A stretch of DNA of 30,091 nucleotides, from the NCBI GenBank assembly GCA_047611865.1, contig JBLFWS010000024.1, positions 1 through 30,091 of the forward strand. The letters are read 5' to 3'. Below the pieces are notes generated by a model. It saw only the letters and a program-made list of their open reading frames with translations. It made no database searches and was not told the origin of the DNA. Both the position numbers and the translations under genes were made by a program. The DNA is from Chlamydiales bacterium. GTDB lineage: Bacteria; Chlamydiota; Chlamydiia; Chlamydiales; JBDQID01. Positions 17,652 through 25,598 of this stretch are shown here, in pieces (the stretch's first letter is position 1; each line of letters starts with the position of its first letter).

Positions 17652-18439
17652 TATGCGACCTTCGCTGTTTCAAGGGTTTTTCTGAAAAGATCGAGGGAAA
17701 GCTGTTGTTCTTTGTCTGTTCGGGCATTTTCCGGATCATTATGAACTTCAATAATGTTGCCATCGAAAGAGTATTTCTTTGCAAGCCGCAGAATCTCGAG
17801 GACTCTTTCTCTTGTTCCACCAATATGTGAAGGGTCTAAAATCATGGGAACTCCAGTTTTTAGCCTTACACGCATGGCCATGTCCAGATCGGGTAGGTTT
17901 CTGTAAGATCTTGGATTTTCTTGCCTGCCTGGGCTGAATCCACGATGGCACATGAGTAATCGATTTCGGGGGAGTCCTTCATTGATAATGTGCTCGAGTA
18001 TTCCCAGCCAATGTTTTTCGTTGTCCCATGGTTGGTTTTTAATCATAAGGTAGGTTTGTCCAGACCCTTCAGCCAAGACTTTCGCAATTTTCTTTTGTTC
18101 GAAATGGTTTTGGTTCCGAGCGCCAAGCCAGACTAGTAGACGAGCATCTTTCCCGTAATTTTGAATTTCTCTGTCCAGTAGCTCTGCATGCTCAGCTGTG
18201 ATGATTTCTGTTGCAGGAATGAGACCGAGGGGAACGGTTTCTTCCATAAGAATTTTTGCTCCTTCATCTCCTAGTCCTTCCCAACCCGGTTGTGTCCGAG
18301 GTTTCCATAGAGAGGCTCGGATGACTTTGACGCCAACTTGCCTGAGTACCGTAGCGCATTCCTTAAGTTGTTCTCTTGATTCGAGGGCGCAGGGTCCCGC
18401 TATTGTGATGTTTCCTAGATGATTTAATAGATTGTCCAT
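17651..18439 (-). CDS. DAHP synthase, class I-beta, catalytic barrel only
   Basis: IAGPCALES, WKPRTQPGWEGLG, WLGAR, CHRGFS, DPSHIGG and IEVHNDPENARTD. Confidence 0.9.
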   Translation of the reverse strand: MDNLLNHLGNITIAGPCALESREQLKECATVLRQVGVKVIRASLWKPRTQPGWEGLGDEGAKILMEETVPLGLIPATEIITAEHAELLDREIQNYGKDARLLVWLGARNQNHFEQKKIAKVLAEGSGQTYLMIKNQPWDNEKHWLGILEHIINEGLPRNRLLMCHRGFSPGRQENPRSYRNLPDLDMAMRVRLKTGVPMILDPSHIGGTRERVLEILRLAKKYSFDGNIIEVHNDPENARTDKEQQLSLDLFRKTLETAKVA

Positions 18440-18463
18440 TTTTCTTATCCTTTTTGTTGTGGC

Positions 18464-18493
18464 AAAAAAAAAGCCCCGCTATTTGCGGGGCTT
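18464..18493 (-). terminator. Attenuator terminator B (gene-proximal) of the aromatic operon
   Basis: On the minus strand AAGCCCCGC-aaata-GCGGGGC followed by T9. Antiterminator GGCTTGG in leader B pairs with CCAAGCC. Confidence 0.92.
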
Positions 18494-18536
18494 GGCACTG
18501 ACTTAGTAGATACAGCTTTATAGCTGTAAGATTCCA

Positions 18537-18614
18537 TCAACCATCCCCAAGCCTCTCGGGCAGCATAAAAAAGCAATAAAAGGAGTAGGTGAGTAATACT
18601 TGGAATCTTTTCAT
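18537..18614 (-). CDS. Phe/Tyr leader peptide B, MKRFQVLLTYSFYCFFMLPERLGDG
   Basis: Translated by hand. YSFYCFF cluster upstream of the antiterminator and terminator. Confidence 0.88.
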   Translation of the reverse strand: MKRFQVLLTYSFYCFFMLPERLGDG

Positions 18615-18639
18615 TTTTTTGTGAACCTTGTTTCTTGGC

Positions 18640-18668
18640 AAAAAAAAAGCCCCGCTTTTAGCGAGGCT
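18640..18668 (-). terminator. Attenuator terminator A of the aromatic operon
   Basis: On the minus strand AGCCTCGCT-aaa-AGCGGGGC followed by T9. Antiterminator GGGGCTGG at the end of leader A pairs with TCAGCCTC using two G-U pairs. Confidence 0.9.
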
Positions 18669-18699
18669 GATTAACTTTCTATACCACTGGTGGTATGCG

Positions 18700-18771
18700 T
18701 CATCCAGCCCCTTGAGAGGAGATCATAAAGTAAGCATAAAAAAACTTAACTTGGGTCTGGATAGTATTCAC
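18700..18771 (-). CDS. Phe/Tyr leader peptide A, MNTIQTQVKFFYAYFMISSQGAG (GTG start)
   Basis: AAGGA SD 7 nt before the GTG; FFYAYF cluster. Protector pairing ATCCAG/CTGGAT. Confidence 0.85.
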   Translation of the reverse strand: MNTIQTQVKFFYAYFMISSQGAG

Positions 18772-18799
18772 TAGGGCATCCTTTTGCAGGCTTTAAGGT

Positions 18800-20131
18800 C
18801 TATTGATCGCAAAGATTTAAATTTTTGTCAATCTTATTTGAAAGATGTTTGGGAATAGTAGCGGTTTTTAAAATATCATTGAGCGTTTCTCTTTTCCTAA
18901 TGAGGTGAGATTCGCCCGAGCAAACAAGAACTTCTGCAGCACGGGGTTGAGTATTGTATTGGGAGCTCATGGAAAAACCATAAGCGCCTACATCGAGCAG
19001 AGCTAGCAGATCCCCAACTTCGAGTTTGCTTGGCAGGAGGCGGTCCTTGGCGAACTGGTCAGTATTCTCGCAAATAGGCCCTACCACATTGACCTCTTTG
19101 TCACAGGGCGCATCTAGCTTGTTGGCGCAAAGGATGTGGTGATAGGTGTCATAGAGGGCTGGGCGTAAAAGAGTGTTCATTCCAGCATCGACACCTATAA
19201 ATGTCTTATGTGTTTTCTTTTTGGATACCACTGAAGTTAGTAGAATGCCTGCATCAGCAACCAAGTAACGTCCTGGCTCATGAATTAAGGCGGGTTCTCC
19301 CATTTCATATTTTACTAGTCTGTCTTTGAATGTCTCAACTACTTCCCTTGCGACAGCATCGATATCCAGATCGCTCTGTTCTGGCTTATAGGGGATTCCT
19401 AAGGATCCTCCTATATCGATAAACTCAAATTGAATCCCCAGTTTCTGGGCGATGGGACCTACAATATCGAGTAGTCGGGCAACGATTTCTTTGAAGTAGG
19501 GAGGGCTGAGAATGTTGGAACCTGTCATCATGTGGACACCAAAATGCCTTACGCCTAATTCTTTTGCCTTAGCGTAGGCTTCTTCTACCTGTGATTCCAC
19601 GATGCCGAATTTGGCATCTTTTCCAGCAAAGACAAGACCCTCTGACCCACTACTTCCAACACCGGGATTGACGCGAAAACTAAGAAATTCGGGCATACCA
19701 AATCGCGCGAGGTGGTTGAGATCCTCGATGTTTTCCAGATTTATCAGAACGTTTTTACTGAGGGCTTCAGCAAGACTTTCCTGAGAAGGGAAAACGGGTG
19801 AAAAGAGTTGTTTGTTTGCCGCTATTCCCACAAGGCTTGCTATATCCAGCTCTCCCACACAAGAACAGTCTGCACCAGCGCCTTCTTCAGCTAGAATCTT
19901 TACTACGGCGGGGTGGTTGTTGGCTTTTACAGCATAGTATAGGGAAAAGTGTGGATAGTATTTTTTGTAAGCTTGTATCAGGCGACGGGTGTTATCTCGG
20001 ATGCGGTTTTCGCTATAGACATAGAGAGGAGACCCATACTTTTCTACAAGGTCACGAGCGGGGCAGCCGTCAATTAGTAACTCGCCGTTGCTTTCTTCCA
20101 GCTGTGAAACAGAATGCCAAATATTATCCAC
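18800..20131 (-). CDS. lysA: Diaminopimelate decarboxylase
   Basis: YGSPLYVYS, YAVKAN (PLP Lys), KFGI, HEPGRYLV, GPICENTD and GAYGFSMSSQYN. GTG start after GAGGAG. Confidence 0.96.
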   Translation of the reverse strand: MDNIWHSVSQLEESNGELLIDGCPARDLVEKYGSPLYVYSENRIRDNTRRLIQAYKKYYPHFSLYYAVKANNHPAVVKILAEEGAGADCSCVGELDIASLVGIAANKQLFSPVFPSQESLAEALSKNVLINLENIEDLNHLARFGMPEFLSFRVNPGVGSSGSEGLVFAGKDAKFGIVESQVEEAYAKAKELGVRHFGVHMMTGSNILSPPYFKEIVARLLDIVGPIAQKLGIQFEFIDIGGSLGIPYKPEQSDLDIDAVAREVVETFKDRLVKYEMGEPALIHEPGRYLVADAGILLTSVVSKKKTHKTFIGVDAGMNTLLRPALYDTYHHILCANKLDAPCDKEVNVVGPICENTDQFAKDRLLPSKLEVGDLLALLDVGAYGFSMSSQYNTQPRAAEVLVCSGESHLIRKRETLNDILKTATIPKHLSNKIDKNLNLCDQ

Positions 20132-20134
20132 TTG

Positions 20135-21526
20135 TTATCTCCTCGATTCTGATGTGTGTAATTTGCTTAAATTTGATTCAAAAAATTGAGAGTGTAGTTG
20201 TTTTACTGCTTGATGAACATCTTCCTCGTCTACTAAAAAACACATGTTGTGTTCGGAAGCTCCTTGGCAAATCAATCTGACGTTGCATGAGCCCATGGCA
20301 TCAAAAGCTTGTTTGCCTAATCCGGCAGTCAGTGAGAGTTTGTTACCTACCATGGCAATAAGAGCTAGCCCTTCCTCAACTTTTACATTGGCGATTTCTC
20401 TAAGGTCCTCCAAAGCTTGTTTACTGAGAACAGAATCGTTGTCCAACGTTACAGAAACACTTACTTCGCTGGTAGTAACGAGATCTACACTTATCTTATG
20501 CTTTGCCAGTATGGCAAAGAGATTAGCTAAAAATCCACAAGCTTTAAACATCTTTAAACTACTTGCTGTTACAAGTGTCTGACGATGCCTTATGGCAATA
20601 GCTCGCATAACGGGAAGATTACTTACAGTTTTACGAATCCAAGTGCCTCTACACTCTTTTTCGAAACTGGATCCTACAAATACCGGTATGTCACAGCGAA
20701 TGGCCGGCCAAAGGGTGGTGGGGTGTAGAACTTTTGCCCCAAAAGTTGCAAGCTCCGCAGCTTCTGCAAAAGATACTTCTTCGATAGTCTTGCATTGATC
20801 TATTTTTCTGGGGTCACAGCTGAGGATGCCAGGAACATCAGTCCAGATATACAGACTATGGGCATTTAGGGCTTCTGCAAGTAAGGCGGCGCTGTAGTCA
20901 CTTCCACCTCTACCAAGGGTTGTAGTAACACCGTTTTCAGTAGAACCAATAAATCCTTGGGTAACAACAGTTGTGCCTTTATCCAGGAAGGGTTTGATTT
21001 TTTGACGAGTAAGGGAACGAATGTTTTGGATTTGAGGCTCTGCACAGTTATAGCTGTCGTCAGTTCTAATGACTTCTCTTGCATCGATATTCAGAGCATC
21101 GACCTTTATCTTAACGAGAGCTTCGGTAAAAAGGATGGAGGATAGGCGTTCTCCAATACTCGAAATTTGATCAATGGAGCGTTTGGAGGATTCTTTAAGA
21201 AGATGGATGCCCATTGCAAGAGAGGAGAGTTCTTCTAGTATGACTTCGATTTTATTATTAGCTTCTTGACAGACCGGAATGGCAAGGGCTGTCTCTCGGT
21301 GTTTTTTACAAAGTTTTTCAAGAAGTTCTTGAGCAAGATCCCACTTGTTTCCTGAGGCGATCTCTGAGAGTTTTAGTAGATCATTTGTGACACCGGACAT
21401 TGCACTAACAACGATAAGAGCTTTACTTTGCCTTTCAGCAACAAGCCTTGCGGCAGAGTGTATTCTTGCGGCATCTTTTAGGCTGGTCCCGCCAAATTTT
21501 GCTACAATATATTTCTGAGTAGTCAT
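20135..21526 (-). CDS. lysC: Aspartate kinase, lysine-sensitive AKIII type with two ACT domains
   Basis: VAKFGGTS, TTLGRGGSDYSA, WTDVPG, FGAKVLHP and ISVDLVTTSEVSVS. Confidence 0.96.
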   Translation of the reverse strand: MTTQKYIVAKFGGTSLKDAARIHSAARLVAERQSKALIVVSAMSGVTNDLLKLSEIASGNKWDLAQELLEKLCKKHRETALAIPVCQEANNKIEVILEELSSLAMGIHLLKESSKRSIDQISSIGERLSSILFTEALVKIKVDALNIDAREVIRTDDSYNCAEPQIQNIRSLTRQKIKPFLDKGTTVVTQGFIGSTENGVTTTLGRGGSDYSAALLAEALNAHSLYIWTDVPGILSCDPRKIDQCKTIEEVSFAEAAELATFGAKVLHPTTLWPAIRCDIPVFVGSSFEKECRGTWIRKTVSNLPVMRAIAIRHRQTLVTASSLKMFKACGFLANLFAILAKHKISVDLVTTSEVSVSVTLDNDSVLSKQALEDLREIANVKVEEGLALIAMVGNKLSLTAGLGKQAFDAMGSCNVRLICQGASEHNMCFLVDEEDVHQAVKQLHSQFFESNLSKLHTSESRR

Positions 21527-21592
21527 AGCTTTTCCTTAGTATTTAAGGAGAGAGAATTTTAAAAATGGTGGTGGTATAATGTATGACCCACA

Positions 21593-21763
21593 ACCAGTAG
21601 CTCTCCACGTTACTTACGTGACAGTCCCAGGGCTTCACCCCTAGAAGGACCAACAAGAAAAGTTCCAGAGCTTTTCCTACTTCGGCGTTAATCCCCTTCT
21701 TCGGTTTTCATTGAGACCAGGATCTCTCCAACCGAATATCTGGTTAACGCTCCTCTTACTGAT
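21593..21763 (-). promoter_or_regulatory. Lysine riboswitch (L-box)
   Basis: The minus strand reads CAGTAAGAGGAGC...AAGGGG..ACGCCGAAG...GACTGTC..GGAGAGCTACTG, matching the L-box consensus. Located upstream of lysC-lysA. Confidence 0.95.
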
Positions 21764-21902
21764 TTCTTAAGAAAGAAAATACGCTTTATTGATAAACGTA
21801 TTCAGAATATTCAGTCAATGGCTATTTTTCCTTAGACATTTATTGGGAGCTGTCTATTCTGACCAAAGCGCCTTTCTATTTTATAAAAAAGGAGTAATAA
21901 CC

Positions 21903-22412
21903 ATGACCATAACATATTGTGATGCGGGAGTATTATACCCAGATTTGTTAAAACAAGTTTTTGGTGGGGAATCTGAACATAATTATAAGTTAAATTCTGG
22001 AAGCATAATAATAACATATATTAAAAAAGATGAAGGATTAGAAAGGAAAATGCTTTCTTCAGGTTCGCTTGAAGTGGCTGTTACAGCGACGAGGGTGGCG
22101 AATTTTTTTAGGGAATTTCCATTTAGTGAGTACTATAATTTAGAGAACCCAAGGTTGAAGGACTGTCTGGAACATGCTTTTCATTTAATTATTGGTGGGA
22201 AGCGAGAAATCACTTTACTATTGTCCGACGGATTTCAAGTAACGGTTTCATTGGAGCATAGAAGGTTAGATCTCAATAGGATTACGAGAGAAAGTCTGCC
22301 ACAGGAAGATTTACAACTTGTTAATGAAGTGGAGTATTTTATTCAAATTCCTTGTTTAAAAGATTTTACAAGTAATAGAGGATATTATCCTGAAAATCCA
22401 CGCATATATTAG
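21903..22412 (+). CDS. Hypothetical protein
   Basis: AAGGAG SD before ATG 21903; 169 aa with no recognisable domain. Confidence 0.7.
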   Translation: MTITYCDAGVLYPDLLKQVFGGESEHNYKLNSGSIIITYIKKDEGLERKMLSSGSLEVAVTATRVANFFREFPFSEYYNLENPRLKDCLEHAFHLIIGGKREITLLLSDGFQVTVSLEHRRLDLNRITRESLPQEDLQLVNEVEYFIQIPCLKDFTSNRGYYPENPRIY

Positions 22413-22433
22413 GGATTCTTCCAGAAGACTCTT

Positions 22434-22469
22434 TATACCGAAATAAATTCAAGAATTGGTTTCGGTATA
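22434..22469. terminator. Hairpin TATACCGAAA..TTTCGGTATA (terminator or small repeat remnant)
   Basis: 10-bp perfect inverted repeat starting 21 nt after the stop codon. Confidence 0.5.
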
Positions 22470-22523
22470 TTTCAACGAGCATTTTATACAATGCTTTGCT
22501 AGCATAAATGGAAAATCATAAGT

Positions 22524-23159
22524 ATGGATTTCCCAATGAGAGTTCTTCTATTATCTTTTCTTTTTACAGCACTTTCCCTGTCATCTATATGCTATGGCCG
22601 GAACATTGAGACTTGGGATATGGACGAACAGGGAGCCTGGGTTCTAGACAAAGAAAATTCGACGGTTTCCTTTGATGTAGACTTTTTAGTTTTCTCTAAA
22701 GTGAAAGGGAAGGTTAACGAGTTTGAAGCGAAGCTTGGTTTTGTCGATAATGATATTTCAAGTAGTCAACTTGATGTCGTAATAGCAGCGTCTAGCATCG
22801 ATACTGAGAATAAAGAACGTAATGCTGATATCCACTCGGAAGAATTTTTCGATGTTCTTCAATATCCCCACATATATTTTACTGTCGACGAGATCCAGTC
22901 CTTGAAGCGGGAAAAATATGTTACAAAGGTACTGGTGACTTTGAAAGGGGTCACAAGGCAAGCTGACTTTTTTCTTGAGTATAAAGGCATAGAGCTTGAC
23001 CCACAAACGGGACAAGAAAAGGCAAAACTCAAACTTTATGGAAAATTGGATCGATTAGAATATGGAATGAGACTCAGTAGCTTTCTCGAAGCGGGAGGGA
23101 TATTTTTGGGTAAAATGATCTATGTCGACTGTACTCTTGAATTTTTGAGAGCTGAGTAG
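22524..23159 (+). CDS. YceI-family lipid/polyisoprenoid-binding protein with signal peptide
   Basis: WVLDKENSTVSF, SIDTENKERNADIHSEEFFDVLQYP, TLKGVTR and LDRLEYGM. The start could be 22536. Confidence 0.9.
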   Translation: MDFPMRVLLLSFLFTALSLSSICYGRNIETWDMDEQGAWVLDKENSTVSFDVDFLVFSKVKGKVNEFEAKLGFVDNDISSSQLDVVIAASSIDTENKERNADIHSEEFFDVLQYPHIYFTVDEIQSLKREKYVTKVLVTLKGVTRQADFFLEYKGIELDPQTGQEKAKLKLYGKLDRLEYGMRLSSFLEAGGIFLGKMIYVDCTLEFLRAE

Positions 23160-23236
23160 ATAGCGATTTAATGATGTCAACTTAAGTTCTAAATCATCAT
23201 TTATAGACAGCTTATTGTTTAGCATTTTAAACCTGA

Positions 23237-23389
23237 ATAAGGGGTTTAAGGGGAGCTTGCTCCCATTTTTGGAGTACGGTACTCCTGTACCATTTTCAGG
23301 GAATAATCTGATTCGTATTTATATTTCCAAACAAAAAGCTGCATAGGGGTGCAGCACTCCAAAAAGGGGCGAGCCCCTTAAACCCTTAT
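23237..23389. repeat. MITE-like element with ~50-bp imperfect terminal inverted repeats
   Basis: ATAAGGGGTTTAAGGGGAGCTTGCTCCCATTTTTGGAGT matches the reverse complement of ACTCCAAAAAGGGGCGAGCCCCTTAAACCCTTAT. Confidence 0.8.
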
Positions 23390-23504
23390 AAGCGTAGGCT
23401 TTTTTAAGGTAGTGCTTTGTTTAAAGATGAGGCAAAAAATGTATAGAGCAATAGGCTTGTAGTGGTGTAAATTGCCGTTTCACATTTTATCCAGGAGTCA
23501 TTCC

Positions 23505-24017
23505 ATGAATTTCACTATTCGTAAAACGAGCAAAAAAGATATTCCTTTAATATTAGAGTTTATTAAAGAAATAGCAGCTTATGAAAAGCTCAGTCATCAG
23601 GTCACTGCTACAGAAACTATTTTAGAAGAAAGCTTATTCGGCGAGACTCCCCAAGCAAAAGTATTTTTTGGAGAAGAAGAGGGAATCCCCGTATCTTATG
23701 CTGTGTACTTTTTTAATTTTTCAACTTTTGACGGACGTCACGGTCTTTATCTTGAAGACCTGTTTGTAAAGCCAGAACACCGTGGAAAGGGTTATGGGAA
23801 GGCTTTACTGAAGCATTTGGGGAAAATAGCAAAAGAGAAAGGATGCTTGCGTATGGAGTGGTCTGTTCTTGATTGGAATAAGTCCGCTATAGATTTTTAC
23901 GAAAGCCTTGGTGCCAAGCCAATGGACGGATGGACAGTCTATCGTTGCACAGGGGAAGCCTTGCAAGAACTTGCGGATGAGAAACATTCGAAGCTTGCTA
24001 ACAATTCCAGTGAATAA
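23505..24017 (+). CDS. GNAT N-acetyltransferase (SSAT/diamine acetyltransferase-like)
   Basis: IKEIAAYEK, YFFNFSTF, LYLEDLFVKPEHRGKGYG and WSVLDWN..AIDFYESLGA. AGGAG SD before ATG 23505. Confidence 0.93.
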   Translation: MNFTIRKTSKKDIPLILEFIKEIAAYEKLSHQVTATETILEESLFGETPQAKVFFGEEEGIPVSYAVYFFNFSTFDGRHGLYLEDLFVKPEHRGKGYGKALLKHLGKIAKEKGCLRMEWSVLDWNKSAIDFYESLGAKPMDGWTVYRCTGEALQELADEKHSKLANNSSE

Positions 24018-24249
24018 ATTGGCACGACTTATGCTTATATAATCTTGTAACCCGCCATCAATAGTATTCTCCTTCAGCCGACTTGTGGGACTGCCACGGT
24101 AAGTGAATCTGTCCCACAAGTGGTTTTACACTTCAATTATATTTCACGAAAAAAATCAAAAAAATGATGCAACAAAACAAAGATTGTATTGTATAAATAA
24201 CTTTGTTCGCAGGGCATTTTTAGATAAGTTCAGATCATCCGGGGGAGAG

Positions 24250-25590
24250 ATGAAAACGGCAATTGTGGGTAGCGGTGTAGCAGGGTTGATGGCAGCTTAT
24301 GAATTATTTTCTAAGGGTCATGAAGTCACAGTCTTTGAAGCAAAGGATCACATAGGGGGTCATGTCTGGACGATTCCTTTCCCTGTAAAGGATGATGTCA
24401 CAGGAGAGGAATATATTTTCCCTGTGGAGTTGGGTGTCTTTATGCACGATCCCAAATATATCCATCCGGTAATGAATCGGATTGCTCAAGAATGGGGGAT
24501 CAAAATCAAAGAGTTTCTTTTGACGTTTACTTGTCAAGATGCAGAGACTAAAATTTCCTGGTCTACTGAATCAAAATATTCGGGAATAATGAGAAACCTT
24601 TTCATTTTGCTTAAGGCAGCAAAAGATGGAGCGAAGGAAGGGCATGGTATAAGGGACTGTAAACTTATTTATGAGCTAACGTGTTTTTTGGAGAGGTTAC
24701 CGGAAGTCAGTAGATCGGAGCGATATCGAGGGATGAGTTTACAAGAATTCCTTGCTGAAGAGAAACTCTCAGATCTATTACGGGATGACTGGATACTTCC
24801 TCAAGTAATGTGCTGGTGGGGATCGACCAGAGAAGTTGCTCTTTCCAGCAGTATTCAGGTGTTGGCGGATTCGATTAATAAAGTGAGTGTTACTCCTCAA
24901 TATATTTTCGAGGATGGATGGGATCTTTTTATGGAGAGACTTGCACAAGATTTTCGAGAATTCATTCGTACCGGATGTCCTGTAACAAAAATTTCCAGGA
25001 GTAATGAGGGGGTAGAGATTTTTTCCAGGGGAAGCTCAGAAAAATTTGACGCTGTCGTATTGGCCGTACCACCAAATATTGCGCTGTTATTATTAGATCA
25101 GCCAAGCGATGAAGAAGAAGAGATCCTTAGTACTTTCGAAACAGCTACGACCAAAGTCTATATGCATACAGACACCGACTGGATGCCTAAAAATGAAAAG
25201 TGGTCGGTGATAAACCTTATTGGCGATGAAAGAGGTTACTTCTGTACTTTTTGGGGAGGAGGAGTCGATGAGAGAAAACCTAAGGTATTTCTCACTTGGG
25301 GTGACAGTCTTAAGTCAACGCCAGATGACTCCAAGATTTTTCTAACAGTTGACTGGTTGAGGACGCTTCCTACTGTGGGCTATAGTCGAGCTTGTAAAGA
25401 TATACGTTCACTCCAAGGGATAAATAAGACCTGGTATTGTGGAGCGCACGTCCACGCTCTCGATTCCGATGGCAAAGATAATCCGCCTTCCCTTTGGCAT
25501 GACAATGCCCTGAGAAGTGGGCAAAATGCAGCTCGAATGATAGAAGAGTCCGTAATGGAAAATGATAAATCACCAGCAAAACATATATAG
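24250..25590 (+). CDS. FAD-dependent oxidoreductase (amine-oxidase fold, COG2907-like)
   Basis: MKTAIVGSGVAGL, FEAKDHIGGH, WYCGA and WHDNALRSG. Start moved to ATG 24250, which follows GGAG. Confidence 0.85.
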   Translation: MKTAIVGSGVAGLMAAYELFSKGHEVTVFEAKDHIGGHVWTIPFPVKDDVTGEEYIFPVELGVFMHDPKYIHPVMNRIAQEWGIKIKEFLLTFTCQDAETKISWSTESKYSGIMRNLFILLKAAKDGAKEGHGIRDCKLIYELTCFLERLPEVSRSERYRGMSLQEFLAEEKLSDLLRDDWILPQVMCWWGSTREVALSSSIQVLADSINKVSVTPQYIFEDGWDLFMERLAQDFREFIRTGCPVTKISRSNEGVEIFSRGSSEKFDAVVLAVPPNIALLLLDQPSDEEEEILSTFETATTKVYMHTDTDWMPKNEKWSVINLIGDERGYFCTFWGGGVDERKPKVFLTWGDSLKSTPDDSKIFLTVDWLRTLPTVGYSRACKDIRSLQGINKTWYCGAHVHALDSDGKDNPPSLWHDNALRSGQNAARMIEESVMENDKSPAKHI

Positions 25591-25598
25591 GAGAATCA

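Noticed and set aside
24040..24125. Glycine or other known riboswitch (GCTGAAGGAG on the minus strand)
   Set aside because: The remaining consensus elements (GGAGA..., CTCTCAGG) and a downstream gene on that strand are absent.
24103..24249. N-terminal extensions in the ORF track (also 2728, 12821, 14945, 21789, 23472, 29081)
   Set aside because: Downstream ATGs have better SD sequences or stop-start coupling and coincide with the family N-termini.
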